Shown here piece after piece: positions 48,876-62,958 of a DNA stretch of 64,000 nt. Both the position numbers and the translations under genes were made by a program. This DNA comes from Hormiphora californensis. Taxonomy: Eukaryota > Animalia > Ctenophora. The stretch is taken from the NCBI GenBank assembly GCA_020137815.1, contig CM035362.1:2542001-2606000 (forward strand). Direction: 5' to 3'. The stretch's first letter is position 1, and the number at the start of each line of letters is the position of its first letter. The notes beneath the pieces are model-generated. The model was given only the letters and a program-made list of their open reading frames with translations. It did no database searches and was not told where the DNA came from.

Positions 48876-51272
48876 ATAAATTTATCAACTTTAAAACAGA
48901 TTAGTGGCAGACTTAGGGCGCTATTTAATCCGACTTAGAGACAATATTAGACTTAGAATTAGATAGTTCATAGTATCGTTTAGAAGTTCTAATAGAAATT
49001 CTAATAGAACCGTGTGGTTGGGTGATTATTGAAAAAGTGGAAAAATTATTAAAAAGAGTAATTTTCCTCTGTATTTAACTGTATCGTGCTACTGTATACG
49101 TGTGTTTTTTGAGTAATTATATAAACTCAACTGTGAGAGTGTTATTGGCGTTGCGAGTGTTTTTGTGTGCATTTTAATATTTTTTATTTCCTTTTTAAAA
49201 ACACTATTTTACATTTGAAACGCAACAGTACAGATCATAAAGAGACTGTATATCCCCTCTTTGACCATTCCATTTAGCCTAGTGGCAAATTGATCGGCGA
49301 TCGCAGCTAAATTTAGCTGAACCTGCCCTTCCCCGCGTCCTCTTAATCTCTAGGAGAGGAAGAGGAAGATAGTTTCAGTTAAACTCAGGGAAGGTAGTTT
49401 CGTGGAAGATAGTTTCGAGGAATATAGTTTCAGGGAGATCAATTTGCTAACTACTGCAGACAGATAGCAGGATCAAATCCTCCTAGATCTGACAGACAGA
49501 TCAGAATATATCATATAGTATGTGATTTGAGGATCACTTCAATGATCAGGCAACAACGACTTCCCCGCGTTGTCAGAGCATTCTCACATGGCTTCCCCAG
49601 TTGACACTTGACAGTAACCAGTATTGGTTACCCTATATTTAATTGATCGGGGAAGTGGTTGTCCAGTTCTCTCAGCACCCATCCATCTCTCTTTCTCTGC
49701 AATAACACAATATTTAGTTAGTTATAACTCCCCCTCCCTCCCTCCCTGACAAGTGACTTAGTGACAATTCATATAAAAAGCAATCACTATGATAATAATC
49801 ATGACAGGCTGTATAACTAGACAACTCCCCAGAACCATTGCAAATTTTAATTTCACTGTTGACTTGAGGAAGTAACTCCAGCTTAATATAACACATACAC
49901 AGTATGCATCTGCTGTCGTAGAAAGTAAACAATTAGTATGATTCTCGGAAAGGATCGATTAAATCGATTCGATTTAAGTAGTTCCTCTCGAAATTGTCTT
50001 CGTTGGAGGTTAACCATGTGCACAGTGAACCACATGTGTGCCATTGCAGTACGGGTTAACATGGTTCTAGCTAACGGTGAACGTCAGCAGTACTGTATTT
50101 ACTGTGCTGGCCCCACCCTGCTGGGGGGTACTGCAGCAGTGGTCCTCCGTTATATTGGCCGCCCGCATAGCGCTCTAAGCTCTAACTTCCCCTTGGACCC
50201 ACGTAGGCCTAATGGGTTTTATACCCTAGTTAGGAGTTGCCCTAACTAGTTTCTGCCTACGTGGGCATTATACAATTGTATAATTACACCTATAACGACG
50301 TTGGTGAGGAATCGCAAGGTCATCATAACATTGTCCTCTCCTTGGGAGGAGTCTCAACATCATCTCAATTTCAGTTTGTCTCCTCTCCCTCATCTAAGCA
50401 GTAACCCCACTAACTTGTTGAGTAAGGGGTGAGACCTACCCCTTACTCAACAACTACTAACCTACCCCCTACGAAGTCTTCGCGGGTCAGAGATAATACT
50501 GACATCTATGAGACATTCGGATCGATTGTCAACATATCAATAATCGAACGGATCGAGTAAAGGGTCCCAGAGCTACATATCATGGTGGGTGGTCTGAAAC
50601 AGACAAATATTTGATGATTTTAATGATGTTATTCGAACTATATTCGCTAATGTCAACTTATACTAGATCCTAGAACTATTCTCCATTTGACCAGATACCA
50701 GTCAGTGGGTGGTCTGAAATGGTCAAATAATCGATACCGTCAGAGTGTATTTGTCATGTCATATTTTTAGACTCAAAAACTTCGTGGGTTTTGGGTTAAT
50801 TCTGGTACTAAAATAGTTACAAACAGTTTAGAGAAAAGTAGAATTTATACGGTACGAAATTCAGGGTGAAACATGTACGATTTTTTTCATTACCAGCTAC
50901 TGTACCACTACCTGCCTGCCTAACGACCCGATCTGAGCGCACTGTCACCACCAGTCAGCCCACTGCCGGATGGATAATAACAGTAAACATGATTACAGTA
51001 ATGACTAATGGGTCTGGATGGTTTTGATTACCAATGTGCAATCACACAGCTTTCCAGGGCATAGAAAACTGAATAGTCCTGTCAGCACTAGCAGATTGTT
51101 CTCCAGTTAAATCTCCCTTCCCCTCTTGACATGTCTTTAATTCATACTCAAATTTAATCCACCTCACTCAAGAAAGAAAGAAAGAATCCAGTCGAATTTA
51201 GTGACTAAAGTGCTAAACTATTTAGTAAAGTCCCATTGTCCCACACCTGCGTCCTTGCCACGTAGCCCCTGA

Positions 51273-51279
51273 TATAAAA
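51273..51279 (+). promoter_or_regulatory. Candidate TATA box of the chitinase gene
   Basis: ATATAAAA about 50 bp upstream of the ATG at 51323. Confidence 0.5.
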
Positions 51280-51322
51280 CCTCCGTCTCCCCCTGGCCCC
51301 AGAGCTCAGAATCTCTGTAACA

Positions 51323-54300
51323 ATGAAGTTTCTTGTCCTGTCCGCGGCCCTCCTGGGCGCCACTCTTGCCTTTGATTGTACCAGCGATGGTATGTTTGTA
51401 GACCCAGTTGATTGCAGTGTCTTCCATCGGTGCGTGGGCGGCAGAGATTACCCTGGAAAGGTACGTGTACAGGATGGAGATTACTGATTAGAATACGTCG
51501 CTGTAATCATGCTTCTCATCGTTACGTGGTGATTTTTAGTGCCCTCTATTTCCAGAAAGCTTTGTCAGGCCAATGTAAGAATAGGGTCAGGCCAACCCTC
51601 TGACAGAGAAAGCTGTATAATTAAAACACGCTAATAAAACACCCCTTTCAGTGCCCCGCTGGAACCCTATTCAGTCAGAAGAAGGGTGTGTGTGACTGGC
51701 CTGCTAATGTTGACTGTGAAGTTCTCCCCACAACCCCTGCCCCTGTTACCACCCCCGGACCTACCACAACCCCGGGTTAGTATAGTGAGATCTGTAATGC
51801 TGTGACCGACACAAGTAAACAACCAATCAGAACTCATTATTTAGGTCACGTGACTGGTTATCAGCCAATCAGGGACCAGTATTTCCTGATTCGGTCGGTT
51901 CCTGTGATCCGTAATGCTCTGACCGCTGTTCTCGTGCGCTTATAATTTGAAAGCGAATCGGGTTAGGCCAATGCTTTGGCAGTTAGTGATCCGCTTCCAA
52001 CTTCCAGTCTTGTGAAACTAATGTTGAAATTATATTTTGCTTCGGCAAATTAACCTATGACGTGTCAGTGGAGAATTGTGAAAGATATAATTATGTAGCT
52101 GCAAAAGAGAGGAGGAAGGACGATGACAAATTTGTATTTTTCAGGACCCACCACGACACCAGGACCTACCACTCCCTACGTGCCACCCAGTAAGTTATGT
52201 GATGTAATTTCCCCAGACTCAAAGAGCTCGCTTTAGAGTACCCTCCTTTAGATCCTTCTAAAGTAATAATATAATGTTGTTTCCACAGTTTAGTGAAATT
52301 ATTTGCTACATAACTCGAATCCTACTTCCTCACTTTTTCCCCAGAACTAGTTTACCCCTAGCAAACCGCCAAACCAGAAATAAATATTTCTCTCTCTGTA
52401 GTTCCGTATAATAAACTCTTTCCTTCAGCTCCTGGCAACTACAAGAGGGTCTGTTATTTCGTTAACTGGGCTACTTATCGAGATGCTCCTGGTACGTAAA
52501 GGAAGAGAGGGAGAGTATCATATGATGTATCCACTATGGAAGAAACGAGACTTGTTGGGTTTATTTCAGGAAGATTAATAACTTAATTTAACTCATTCAT
52601 TATTCATTTTGTTTCCAGGAAAGTTTGAGCCAGAGGATCTTGATGCCTCTCTCTGTACCCATGTTATCTATGCCTTCTCCGTACTGGATGAGAAGACACA
52701 CACACTGAAGATCTTCGACGAAGATGTAGATGTCAAACAAAGTAAGAAATATCAGAGTAGTGGGTGTAAATCAGGAACCAACCAATCAGAACTCGTTATT
52801 TAGGTCACGCGACTGGTTATCAGCCAATCAGGGACCAGTATTTCGGATTTCCTGATTCGGTCGGTTCCTGATCTGGGGGGGGGGACACTAGGAGGGGTTG
52901 ACTCCGGTTGATTATTGAGTTTGTATCAAACCTAAGAATTAATCGGGTTGGTTATTATTTTGGATTATAATGATTGTGCCAACATTAAACAAGATGCAAT
53001 TCTTCAGAATCTGTCTTTCACACTTCACACGCCTCGACCTGTCATATCACTCTAATAACCAGCGTCACATATTTAGCACCTGTCTTGTGTCACCGAACCA
53101 CGAGAACCCACGTAGCTCCTTATAAGGCATTGTTTTGATCGGACCACGCCCTGGTCGAATTCTATTTCCATACAACACTAATTGTTACTTGGTTATGTCG
53201 TAGTACAACGGCGACAAAGAGGTAGTTATCGCATCTCCGAGCACTAGACAATGTCGTTAAAGTCGTGACCTCCCTAGACATTTCAATAACCAGCCTGTAT
53301 ACATTGCTCCTTCATAAAACACATATTGCCTTTGTTACCACATTAACTACTCCTTCATAAAAACATCCTTCCCCAGAGTTCTTTGAGCGAGTCACCGCCC
53401 TAAGGAGCAAGGGAGTGAAGGTTTCCATCGCTATTGGAGGATGGACTGACAGTAAGGGAGACAAATACTCCGTCATGGTATGTAAAACTATCCCATAGTC
53501 AGACCTAGACAGATCGATCTAGCTCTAGCTAGACGTTTCGTAATACAGTAAAACCTAGCTATAAACTGCTTGTTGGGAGAACCTTCTATAATCTATTTGG
53601 CAAGCACCGGTATCTATGACGTTCCTTGCAAAACAGATTAGTCTAGTATAGAAGGTTCTCCCGACAAGCAGTTTAAATCGAGGTATTACAAGACGTCTAC
53701 CCAGCTGTTAGTAATGGGAAAATTATTTCGATTTGTGTGCCAAGCTGTGTTCCAATTCACAGACTATTTTGGAACACCTTGTAAATAGTGGGGCTCAAAT
53801 GAACCATATGTACGAGAGCTCCGTTAGTCTTTACGTTATTCGTTACGTCAATGGAATGTACTAATATGCACTAATGCCAATTGCCAGCTTTAATGCAGGT
53901 TGAAAGCCGAAATATATTATTCTCCCCTTGTTCCCCAGAATACCGATCCTATTCAGAAGATCATGTTACCACAGTAACTGCTCCTTCATAAACACATCCT
54001 CCCTCTGTTACCACAGTAACGAAGTAACTCCTTCATAAACTCATCCCCCGTTCCCCAGGTTACCGATCCCAAAAAGAGGGCCAACTTTGTTTCTCATGTT
54101 ACCAACTTCATCAAGGAGCACAACTTTGACGGACTTGATCTTGGTAAGATTTAGGGGAACTTCGAATGTCACCACCACATATTATAATTCAGAGATGAGG
54201 AGTAACCGGACCCAACTAATGTCTAACATATAATTAGAGTACCTCCCAGTCGCGAGTTAATTAGTTAATTGATCCCCCTCGACAGATTGGGAGTACCCCA

Positions 54301-55992
54301 AGTGCTGGCAGGCCAACTGTTACGCCGGACCCCGATCTGACAAGCCCAACTTTGTGAAACTCTGCCAGGAACTGAAGGCTGCCTTCAAACCCCATGGATA
54401 TCTCCTATCTGCTGCTGTTGCTGCTAGCAAGTGGACTATTGCTGATGCTTATGACATGAAGGGAATCGGAGAGTAAGTAAAAGTAGAACGGGAATGAGGG
54501 GGGTTTACCATTTGACAGACACAAGTAGCGGTACAGGTAGATGCTAGCCACTAGGTTACCTAGAAATGATTGGTTACTTTCTGCTTACTCACGTCCGGTA
54601 GTGAGTTGGGGGTACACCGAGTAGAGAAATAAATTACCTTGTCCATCAACAATGTCACAACTTCCATCATTCTAAAATTTAAGGTGTCCTACCTTCGTAG
54701 TTTTGCTTTTCGCAAGAAGAGAGAAGGTCTCCTTCAGCTGAATCTATTCCGAAGAAATTTGTAATCAAATGTGTCAATCAACATTCAACAGCTTCCCTTT
54801 TCTAATTTATATTTAAACGGACAACAATAAAATTAGTAGGAAACAATAATTTTGGGGCCAGTATTACCTTTCTTAAAAACTTAGTTTCTATTTCCTCACT
54901 TCCTCATTCTCTTAACTCTCCCTCCAGGGCTCTTGATTTCATTAACGTGATGACCTACGATCTTCACGGGATCTGGGACAGGAAGACTGGACATCACAGC
55001 CAGCTCAAGGGACACAAGAGCGACAGTCACAAGTTCCTCAACAGTGTAAGTGTTTCAAGGGGCGTGGTTACCTTGGTTACCAAGGGCGTGGTTACCATGG
55101 TAACAACTACCTCAAGTGGTTAGTCAGGGCGTAAATTTTAACAACAAACTAGTTGCTGACGTAAATTAGTTTCTAGGAAAACGTCAAGAGTCACATAATT
55201 ATAATTTCCTAGTATGCATAATTCTTTGGGAAAGAGCAAACTAAATGTTTTTGAAGTCCAAGAAAACTGCAAAATATCAAAAATCATTGCATCATAGACT
55301 AACCCACTTCTCCCCTACTGCAGGACTGGGCTATGCAGCACTATGCCGCTGGGGGTGTTCCCAAGAACAAGTTGATCCTCGGAGTGCCCATGTACGGACG
55401 GTCCTTCACCCTGGGAAACAAGTCTAATACTGGCATCAACAGTGGATCATGGAAGGCTGGCACCAAGGGACCCATCACTGGTGAGTTTGAGAAACATTTA
55501 TTAGTCTTCTCTATCATGCGAACATCTCTACTTTCTCATTTGCTAGTGAACTGCCTACCTTTTGCTATATTATAGCTGTATAAGTCAAGACTACTTTTGG
55601 CGCATGGGGCACAGTTGTGTTCAAGGAAGGATAAAGGAGTACTTGGATCGCCCTGTTTCTAATTATAACTCCTCACCCCCCCCCCCCCCCCCCAACTAGG
55701 TGAGGCTGGTTTCCTGGCCTACTATGAGATCTGCATGTCCCAGAAAGAGGGAGGATGGACTGTTGTCAAGGATCCCACTGGAGCCATGGGTCCCTATGCC
55801 TACAAGGGAGACCAGTGGGTCGGGTATGATGACACTGAGATCATTGCCAAGAAGGTAAATACTTTCCCCTGCTTGTAGAGCTCTGCTTGTAGCTGTTTTA
55901 AGGGCTATTTTTGGCCACTATTTTCAGGTTTCAATCATTTGCATATTTGAAGTTATTATCTTCTTCTTCCGTTACATACACACATGATAGTG

Positions 55993-56025
<33 letters not shown>

Positions 56026-56190
56026 GTACTAAGTAGTGACACACCCATTTCATTCCAGATGAAGTACATTCAGGAGCAAGGATTCGGAGGAGCAATGGTG
56101 TGGGATATTACCATGGACGATTTCCAGAACAAGTGCGGAGAGGGAGCCTGGCCTCTAATGAGGGCCATCGCCAAGGGTCTTGCTGCCTAA
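51323..56190 (+). CDS. Secreted GH18 chitinase with an N-terminal CBM14 chitin-binding domain and Pro/Thr linker, ~12 exons
   Basis: Signal peptide MKFLVLSAALLGATLA; six-Cys CBM14 (CPAGTLFSQKKGVCDWPANVDC); KRVCYFVNW, CTHVIYAF, SIAIGGW, catalytic FDGLDL|DWEYP, NVMTYDLHG, WVGYDD, GGAMVWDITMDDF. Confidence 0.93.
53546..53690. mobile_element. Short foldback MITE in a chitinase intron
   Basis: AAACTGCTTGTTGGGAGAACCTTCTATA...TATAGAAGGTTCTCCCGACAAGCAGTTT inverted arms; CAGTAAAACCT-type end. Confidence 0.55.
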
Positions 56191-56373
56191 TTAGTTAATT
56201 AATTGTGAGTTAATTAATTACATTGACACAAGTAATGAAACGCAGTTCTTTGGGAGTTATATCTGAAATATAAATAGCCCAATCACACATATAATTTATT
56301 AGCCATTAAATATTCAACACTCAAATATATTATTGTCCAACACAACAAGGCTGTCAGAACATTGGCCTGACAG

Positions 56374-57860
56374 CAGGAACCGACCGAACCAAGTAAACAA
56401 CCAATCAGAGCTCGCTGTTTAGGTCAGGTGACTGGTTATCAGCAGGAAGCGACCGAATATTCGGTTCGGTTCGGTTCGGTTCGGAAATTCGGTGTTTTTT
56501 GGGCGGTTCGGTTCGGTTCGGTTCGGTAGGAAATTTTGGCCGAACCACCGAATTTTTTGGTCAAAAAATGCCCAGAAATCGGGCTTTTTCATGCAAAATT
56601 TTTCAATTATTTCACGAAAATTGTATGGATTTCAATGTCAATTTCGCCGTATTAACCCTATTTCGAATCGGTGGTGCTATGTGGAAATGATTTCGCTAGT
56701 TAGCGGGTTCGATATGGATTGATTTGATACCTGACTTCCCGTCGAATCGTGTCCTCATGAGAGGGTCAACAAATTCAGAAACTTTTTTTTCAAAAAATTC
56801 ATGGAGAGCACCGATCAAGGTGTTAAGAATCATTCTCTGAAATTTTGTAAAAAAGTTTGGAAAATATTTCAGAGTCAATTTTATGGAAAATTTTCTATGT
56901 CAATTTTTGCGTACGAATCGTGTTTCGAATCGGTATTGCTAAGCGGGAGTGATGTTGCTAATTAGTAATTAAGTAGTGGGTCCGAGATGGATTATGCTGA
57001 TACGTGATCCCCCATCAAATCTAATTAGGAAGTTTAGGGGAAACGATTCATGTTTCAATAAATCCTGCTAATTAGCGAGAGCACTGCCGCATAGCATCAC
57101 CGATTCGCAACACGATTCGTACGGCTAAATTGACATAGAATTTTTTTTCCCGAAATTGACTTTGAAATATTTTACAAAGTTTTTTTCACAAAATTAAATG
57201 TTTCTCTAAAAATTCATGGAGAGCATCGATCAAGGTATTGAGAATCATTACCTGAAATTTTGTGAAATTTTTTTTGTGAAAAATATTTTAAGTAAATTAT
57301 GGTATACGAATCGTGTTTCTAATCGACAATGCTAAACGGGAGTGATGTTGGTAATTAGTGGGCCCGAGATGGATTGTGCTGATACGTGATCCCCCATCAA
57401 ATCTAATTAGGAAATTTAGAGAGACACGATTCATGGTTCGTAATTCGTTAAATCCTGCTAATTAGCAATACCATTCCCGTATAGCATTGCCGATTCGAAA
57501 CACGATTCGTACGCAAAAATTGACATAGAAAATTTACGATAAAATTGACATAGAAAATTTTTTCACAAAATTTACTTTGAAATTTTTTCAAACATTTTTT
57601 AACAAAATTTCAGAGAATGATTCTCAATACCTTGATCGGTGCTCTCCATGACTTTTTAGAGAAACATTTATACAGAAAAAGTTTTGTATGGTTCGGTTCG
57701 GTTCGTTTACCGAAATTCGGTTCGGTTCGGTTCGGTTCGGTTCGGTAAAAAAGTTTTTCAAATTCGGTTCGGTTCGGTTCGGTGGAAAAAAACCCGGTTC
57801 GGTCGTTTCCTGGTTATCAGCCAATCAGGGACCAGTATTTCCTGATTCGGTCGGTTCCTG
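56374..57860. mobile_element. 109-bp hAT-type MITE interrupted by a 1.37-kb related hAT-type element (56443-57812)
   Basis: Outer CAGGAACCGACCGAA...TTCGGTCGGTTCCTG with TSD CCTGACAG/CTTGACAG; inner CAGGAAGCGACCGAA...TTCGGTCGTTTCCTG with perfect 8-bp TSD GTTATCAG and (TTCGG)n subterminal repeats. Confidence 0.85.
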
Positions 57861-57886
57861 CTTGACAGCAACAGGGCACCATTATT

Positions 57887-60800
57887 TTAGATATCGAAGT
57901 CATCATGATCGTAGATGTTGGTGAAGCTGAATATCTGGTGTCCTGATCCGTTACATTTCTCTAGCAGCAACTTGGTCTTCCCTGCCTGTCCGACCGTTAG
58001 ACACAGCTCCGATTGGGCGTGTACTAGTTGCTGGGTCTGAAATGATACATTGGTACGTGAACAGCCATGTATGGGTTTTTCATACCAAGAGTTTTACAAG
58101 TTAAGGATGGATTTTCGGTTCCGTACCGATGTATTTCGCACTCAGATAACCGAGAGTTTTGTATCGGTGATCGATCTAGAGCCTAGAAATAATGGTATCC
58201 TGAATGAAAGATTCACCATCGGGAGATGTTCGATTATTTCGTAAAGTCTCCGATATATTGACAGCTGTTATCGCTGACAGCTTAGGAGAAACGAGGAAAT
58301 AGAATCAGGTTTAGTGCACTTCCTCGACTTAGTCACGACTTAGTCACGACTTATACAGCTATCAATATATCATGGCCGATACTTCTAACGTAATAACTAG
58401 CTGTCAGTTTATTAGATTTGTAGAACAGTTCAGTCACGTTCAGAAGCGAAGGAAAGAATAGAAAAAAGTTTAAACGGAGCTGTCAATCGCGAATATTCGA
58501 ACGTCGTGACCTGAGTGTTTCATTAGCTTATACACAGTGCCATTCAATTAGCTCTGTTCACTTGACAAGGAGCTGCGGCCTTTCTTCTTCGAGATTGTTT
58601 ACAAATGAACTATCTTTCTCCGTAACTCCCGCTTGGGACGAAAATTTCAACCAAATTTGTCCTACAAACGAACAAAAAACACAATCCCACTTACCGGTGT
58701 ATAGTACCACTTCTGATTTCCTCCCAGCCCGTGGCATGGATAAAGGGCGACCCTCTTATCTTCCTTTGAGGAGGGGTCTGCGATAGAGGCGTCCAGGCAG
58801 TTCTCCAGAGATATTATCTCGTACTTCTTACTATACATCCACACCTGGCAGATTTGAACCATTTTAGCGACCAAGATTTGAACCATTTTTGAGACCAAGA
58901 CTATATTATTTAGAGACCAAGACTATACAGTCGGACCCCGATTTACCGGGATGCTCGGGGGAAAAGGGTTTTGCCTGGTAAATCGGGGTTCCGGTAAATC
59001 GGGGTCCGACTGTACTAAAATGGAAAAGACCACGAACAAATTCGAGAAGAGACCATAAAGGTCTAAGATTAGGGGTTCAATTTTAGTTTAGTGTTATCAG
59101 ACGACAGACGAAGCCAAGGGGCACCATTCTGTTCTCTTTCACACAAGTGATTGGGATACTCAGTTTGGGAGTCACCGCGTCACACCGCTCTAAGAGCCTG
59201 GTAGAACGTCGGCTTAGTATCACCAACCAACCAACTTGGTTACGAAGTTACCCCTTGCCAGCGCGCGCGAAGGTCGCCCGAGCTAAACAGAGTGTGAGGT
59301 GTCTTCGATACCAACCAACCAACCAACCAAAGGAGGTGAAGGTTACTATTAGATACAGTATTATGACACTGTTTCATCTCTCACGTCATAATTACGCTAA
59401 GCGCTTTTTCTGCAACTGTCACTTCTTTATGTCTAGACAACGTGCTCACACAGTACCATGTGATCAGTACTGCATGTGTCGAACTTGTCAGTAAGATTCT
59501 ACGTAAATTGACCTATATTTAAAACCACTATATAAATGGATGTGATCTTTAACAGTAAAACATGGCGGGTGTGGTGAAGGTATAGTTCAGCTATTATTTA
59601 CTTCCCCGGTTACCCTTTTATAAATACCGATTTACCGGGGATACTCGAGGGGGAAATATTTCCCCGGTAAATCGGGGTCCGCGGACTGTGCTGAGCTGCA
59701 AGCTACGTAATTCCTAGTTTGCATTCTATGGAGGGTTTACTCATTCCAGAAATATTTGACTGATTTTGAGACTCTTAAAAGTTAAACGGATTACGTCTTC
59801 TAAAGAGCCAAAAAACGAAAATGACATAATCATCCGTACTTGACGGCTTGTCGAGGAAGAATATAAAGTTAAATAGTTCATTATGGGGTAATGGTATGTT
59901 ACGAGCACGTCGACCATATCGCAATATGACGCAAGTCGCGATGAACGCTTCTGGTTCCTCTGGTACCCTTAGAAGAAAGGGTAACTAAATGGTAAAGCTG
60001 TGCCACTAAGATTAAATGTGGAGAAGTCACGAGAAAGAAATAAAGGAAAGGAACTCCACCTAGTGCACTTGCAGTGTAGGCTGGGCCGTTACTAAAGGTG
60101 ACTGAATTTATACCTGTGAAGTGTAGCCAGGGGTAACCAGGGGTAACTAAAGGTTACTAAAGGTGACTGGATTTACCTGTGAAGTGTAGCCAGGTTCCCG
60201 GTTAGGTAGACACCTGTAATGGCTGACTGTATCATTAGCCTTCCTCCTCCCCAGCGTGTCTATACACTGATTTATCTTGGTGTTCTTTATCTGCAATAAT
60301 ATTATAGACATCAGGAAAGAATTTAATCGAAAAGGATCACCATAATATTATGATCATAATCAAAACTAAAATCGAAAAAATTGTCGAGGTCTTGATCTTC
60401 GCGGGACTCAGATTTTCCTTATTATATCTGCTATTCAGGAACCGACCGACACAAGTAAACAACCAATCAGAACTCGTTATTTAGGTCACGTGACCGGTTA
60501 TCAGCCAATAAGGGACCAGTATTTCCTGATTCGGTCGGTTCCTGCTGCTATTATTAGGTACCTGACCAGATGCAAGAAGTCGTTGTTCAGTAGGTAGCAT
60601 GGGTAGCAGGTTCTCCAAATACCAATCGAATGATTTACACTTTAGTTTCTCCCTTAGCTTCACACGTGATCCGATATCCCCGACGTTAACGTCCTTTGCC
60701 AGTGGTACAAACCGGTAAAATAGAGCCTTGTGCTGGTCCAACCAAACCTGCAAAAACACACGTGGTTTAGAAACACGTGGTTTTGTGTTTTATGTTTAGA

Positions 60801-62461
60801 CAACATGGAACCCCAAAATTCTGGCAATTCTCAGATTTCACTTGTATTCTATATTTCAGTAGATTTCACTTGTTGTATATATGGTTGCATTTGGTTAATC
60901 CGTAATCGGTTGGCAGCATGGTTACCTCGACAGCCCTTGCGTAGTTTCGGTATAGCGTCATGAGTTGGCTGTCTCCACCGAAGGAGTAGGGAGCTGAATC
61001 TCGGAAGATATGGCCCACCCGAGAGCAGGGCAGTGAGAGTAGTCTTCCACCGCACATCCAGATCTGCGTAGAGAGCATATCATTGTCACTGACAATTTGT
61101 CAGTCAGTTTGTCATACAGGATAAGTTTCTGATGAGGAGCTATCATTTCTATATCTACAGATCATGAGATAGAGAGCACGAGTCATACATTCATGCAGGA
61201 GACACTCGTTCAAGAGTCCTTGAGACGTATTACACGTATTACACCCTAGTTCCAGACAGAGTCGAGATCGAGGGTGGAAGCTAAACAATTCCGGGTAACG
61301 TTTGCCATCTTCCCCCCCCCCTTCTCCCAACCTACCCTAAAGCTCATTTCCATATTCTCGCCTCCCCAAATGTTCATTTCAGTATCATACGTTCCGACTT
61401 CCTCGAAGTATGACCTGTCAATTGCAAACAGCCCTCCTGCCATTACTGGAGCTCTGGGAGGGATATAGTTGTCAATAAATAATTGAACCCCACCCACTGC
61501 ATGTATTTAGTAACTTGAAGCAACAACCAAATTTAGATCTAAAAAGTCTGACAGGTATTTAATTTATTTGAGGACCTGTCAGACAAATTAAGTGTTCTGA
61601 CAACTGGGTCAGGTCAATTATACTCCGACAGTTGAAAACCATGCCATCAAGAGATTGAAGCTTCAATCTTCATGAAGTAGTGATGTGTTAAATACATACA
61701 CGATGGGCGTTGTCAGGTTGGATCCTTGATCTTTAACTTGCCAGTAAAAAGTGAAACTCCAATCGAATGCTCCAACCTAGAAATGAAAGTTGGTTACAAT
61801 CCTGTTAATCCCGGCGAGTCCTCTCCAAACAATAAACTAACATGTGGACCATAGCATTACCTGGCACTGTGACCGTGTCGTGATTCCCACGGATGAATTA
61901 TGAACAATCAAACTCACCTGTGGCATTGCCTGCATGTACTCGAACGTCTCAAACTGTATAACATCAATAACAGGGCTGGGGACAGTCCTCCTGTCGTGTT
62001 TTATCTCTGAGAGAAGGGGCTCCAACCATCCCACATTACACTCACAGTGACTGTCCAGGAACACCATGACGTCACCTGGCGGGGGTAATACAGGGTGGTT
62101 GTCATGGTGACACATGGTTACACATGGTTACACATGGTTATAACTACAGTTGGCATGGTAACCTGCTGTTATAACACCAGAACACCTCTGCGTGACGTCG
62201 CCCAAAGAAGGGGGAGTACATGTATGGTTCCGGTTGTCATGGTGGAACGTGACCCGTCCCGGCGTCTCGAATATGTGGTTATACCACTCTCTTGTCTAGA
62301 CACGTCCCATTATACGTCACATGACAGCCGTATCATAATGTCCCTTAGAGGTTACATAGTTACACCAGGCTCACGCACGTACCTTTAGCCCGAGCTGCCC
62401 CATATAGCCTGGCTTTTATCAGTCCACTCCTCTTGGGCATCCTAACATGGACTGTCTTTAC
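57887..62461 (-). CDS. Polypeptide N-acetylgalactosaminyltransferase (GT27 plus ricin lectin), 3' part; the 5' exons lie beyond the window
   Basis: [60 protein letters not shown]...[28 protein letters not shown]; stop TAA at 57889-57887. Confidence 0.92.
60436..60544. mobile_element. 109-bp hAT-type MITE, intact copy; partial copies at ~51805-51904 and ~52772-52870
   Basis: CAGGAACCGACCGA...TCGGTCGGTTCCTG with 8-bp TSD CTGCTATT. Confidence 0.88.
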
Positions 62462-62958
62462 CTGGAGAGGGAGACATAAAGATGTAGTTCTCAGAACAGC
62501 GGTCAGAGCATTAATTAATTGGCTTGACCCTATTATCGCCCTCGGACTCTCGGGGTGACGAAAACAGTCCAGTAGTTGTCAGAGCGTTGTCCTGACAGAG
62601 CTGCAGTAGTGCATAAATCGAGATCACAACCGCAATGTCATAAATCATGTCACATTATCGATAATTTTGGTTGATAAATAGCTAACTGGTTTCTCTTGCA
62701 TCACATAACTACTTATCTCCACCTGCAGTTGTCACTTATCCACCTACTATAAGATGTTCACAAAACATCTCGCTCAATTCTCGCTGATAACCAGTGGTTA
62801 TCAGATGGAGATGGGTGGTTATTAACCATCTCCATCTGGTTGTGATCGACAATTTAGAGATCTCGGTTTCTCTTGCCCCACTACTACTCAATATCAAGGA
62901 CCTATCTATTAGCTACCTTGGACCTTGGTTTCTCTTGTACATTGCACCACTGCAGTCA

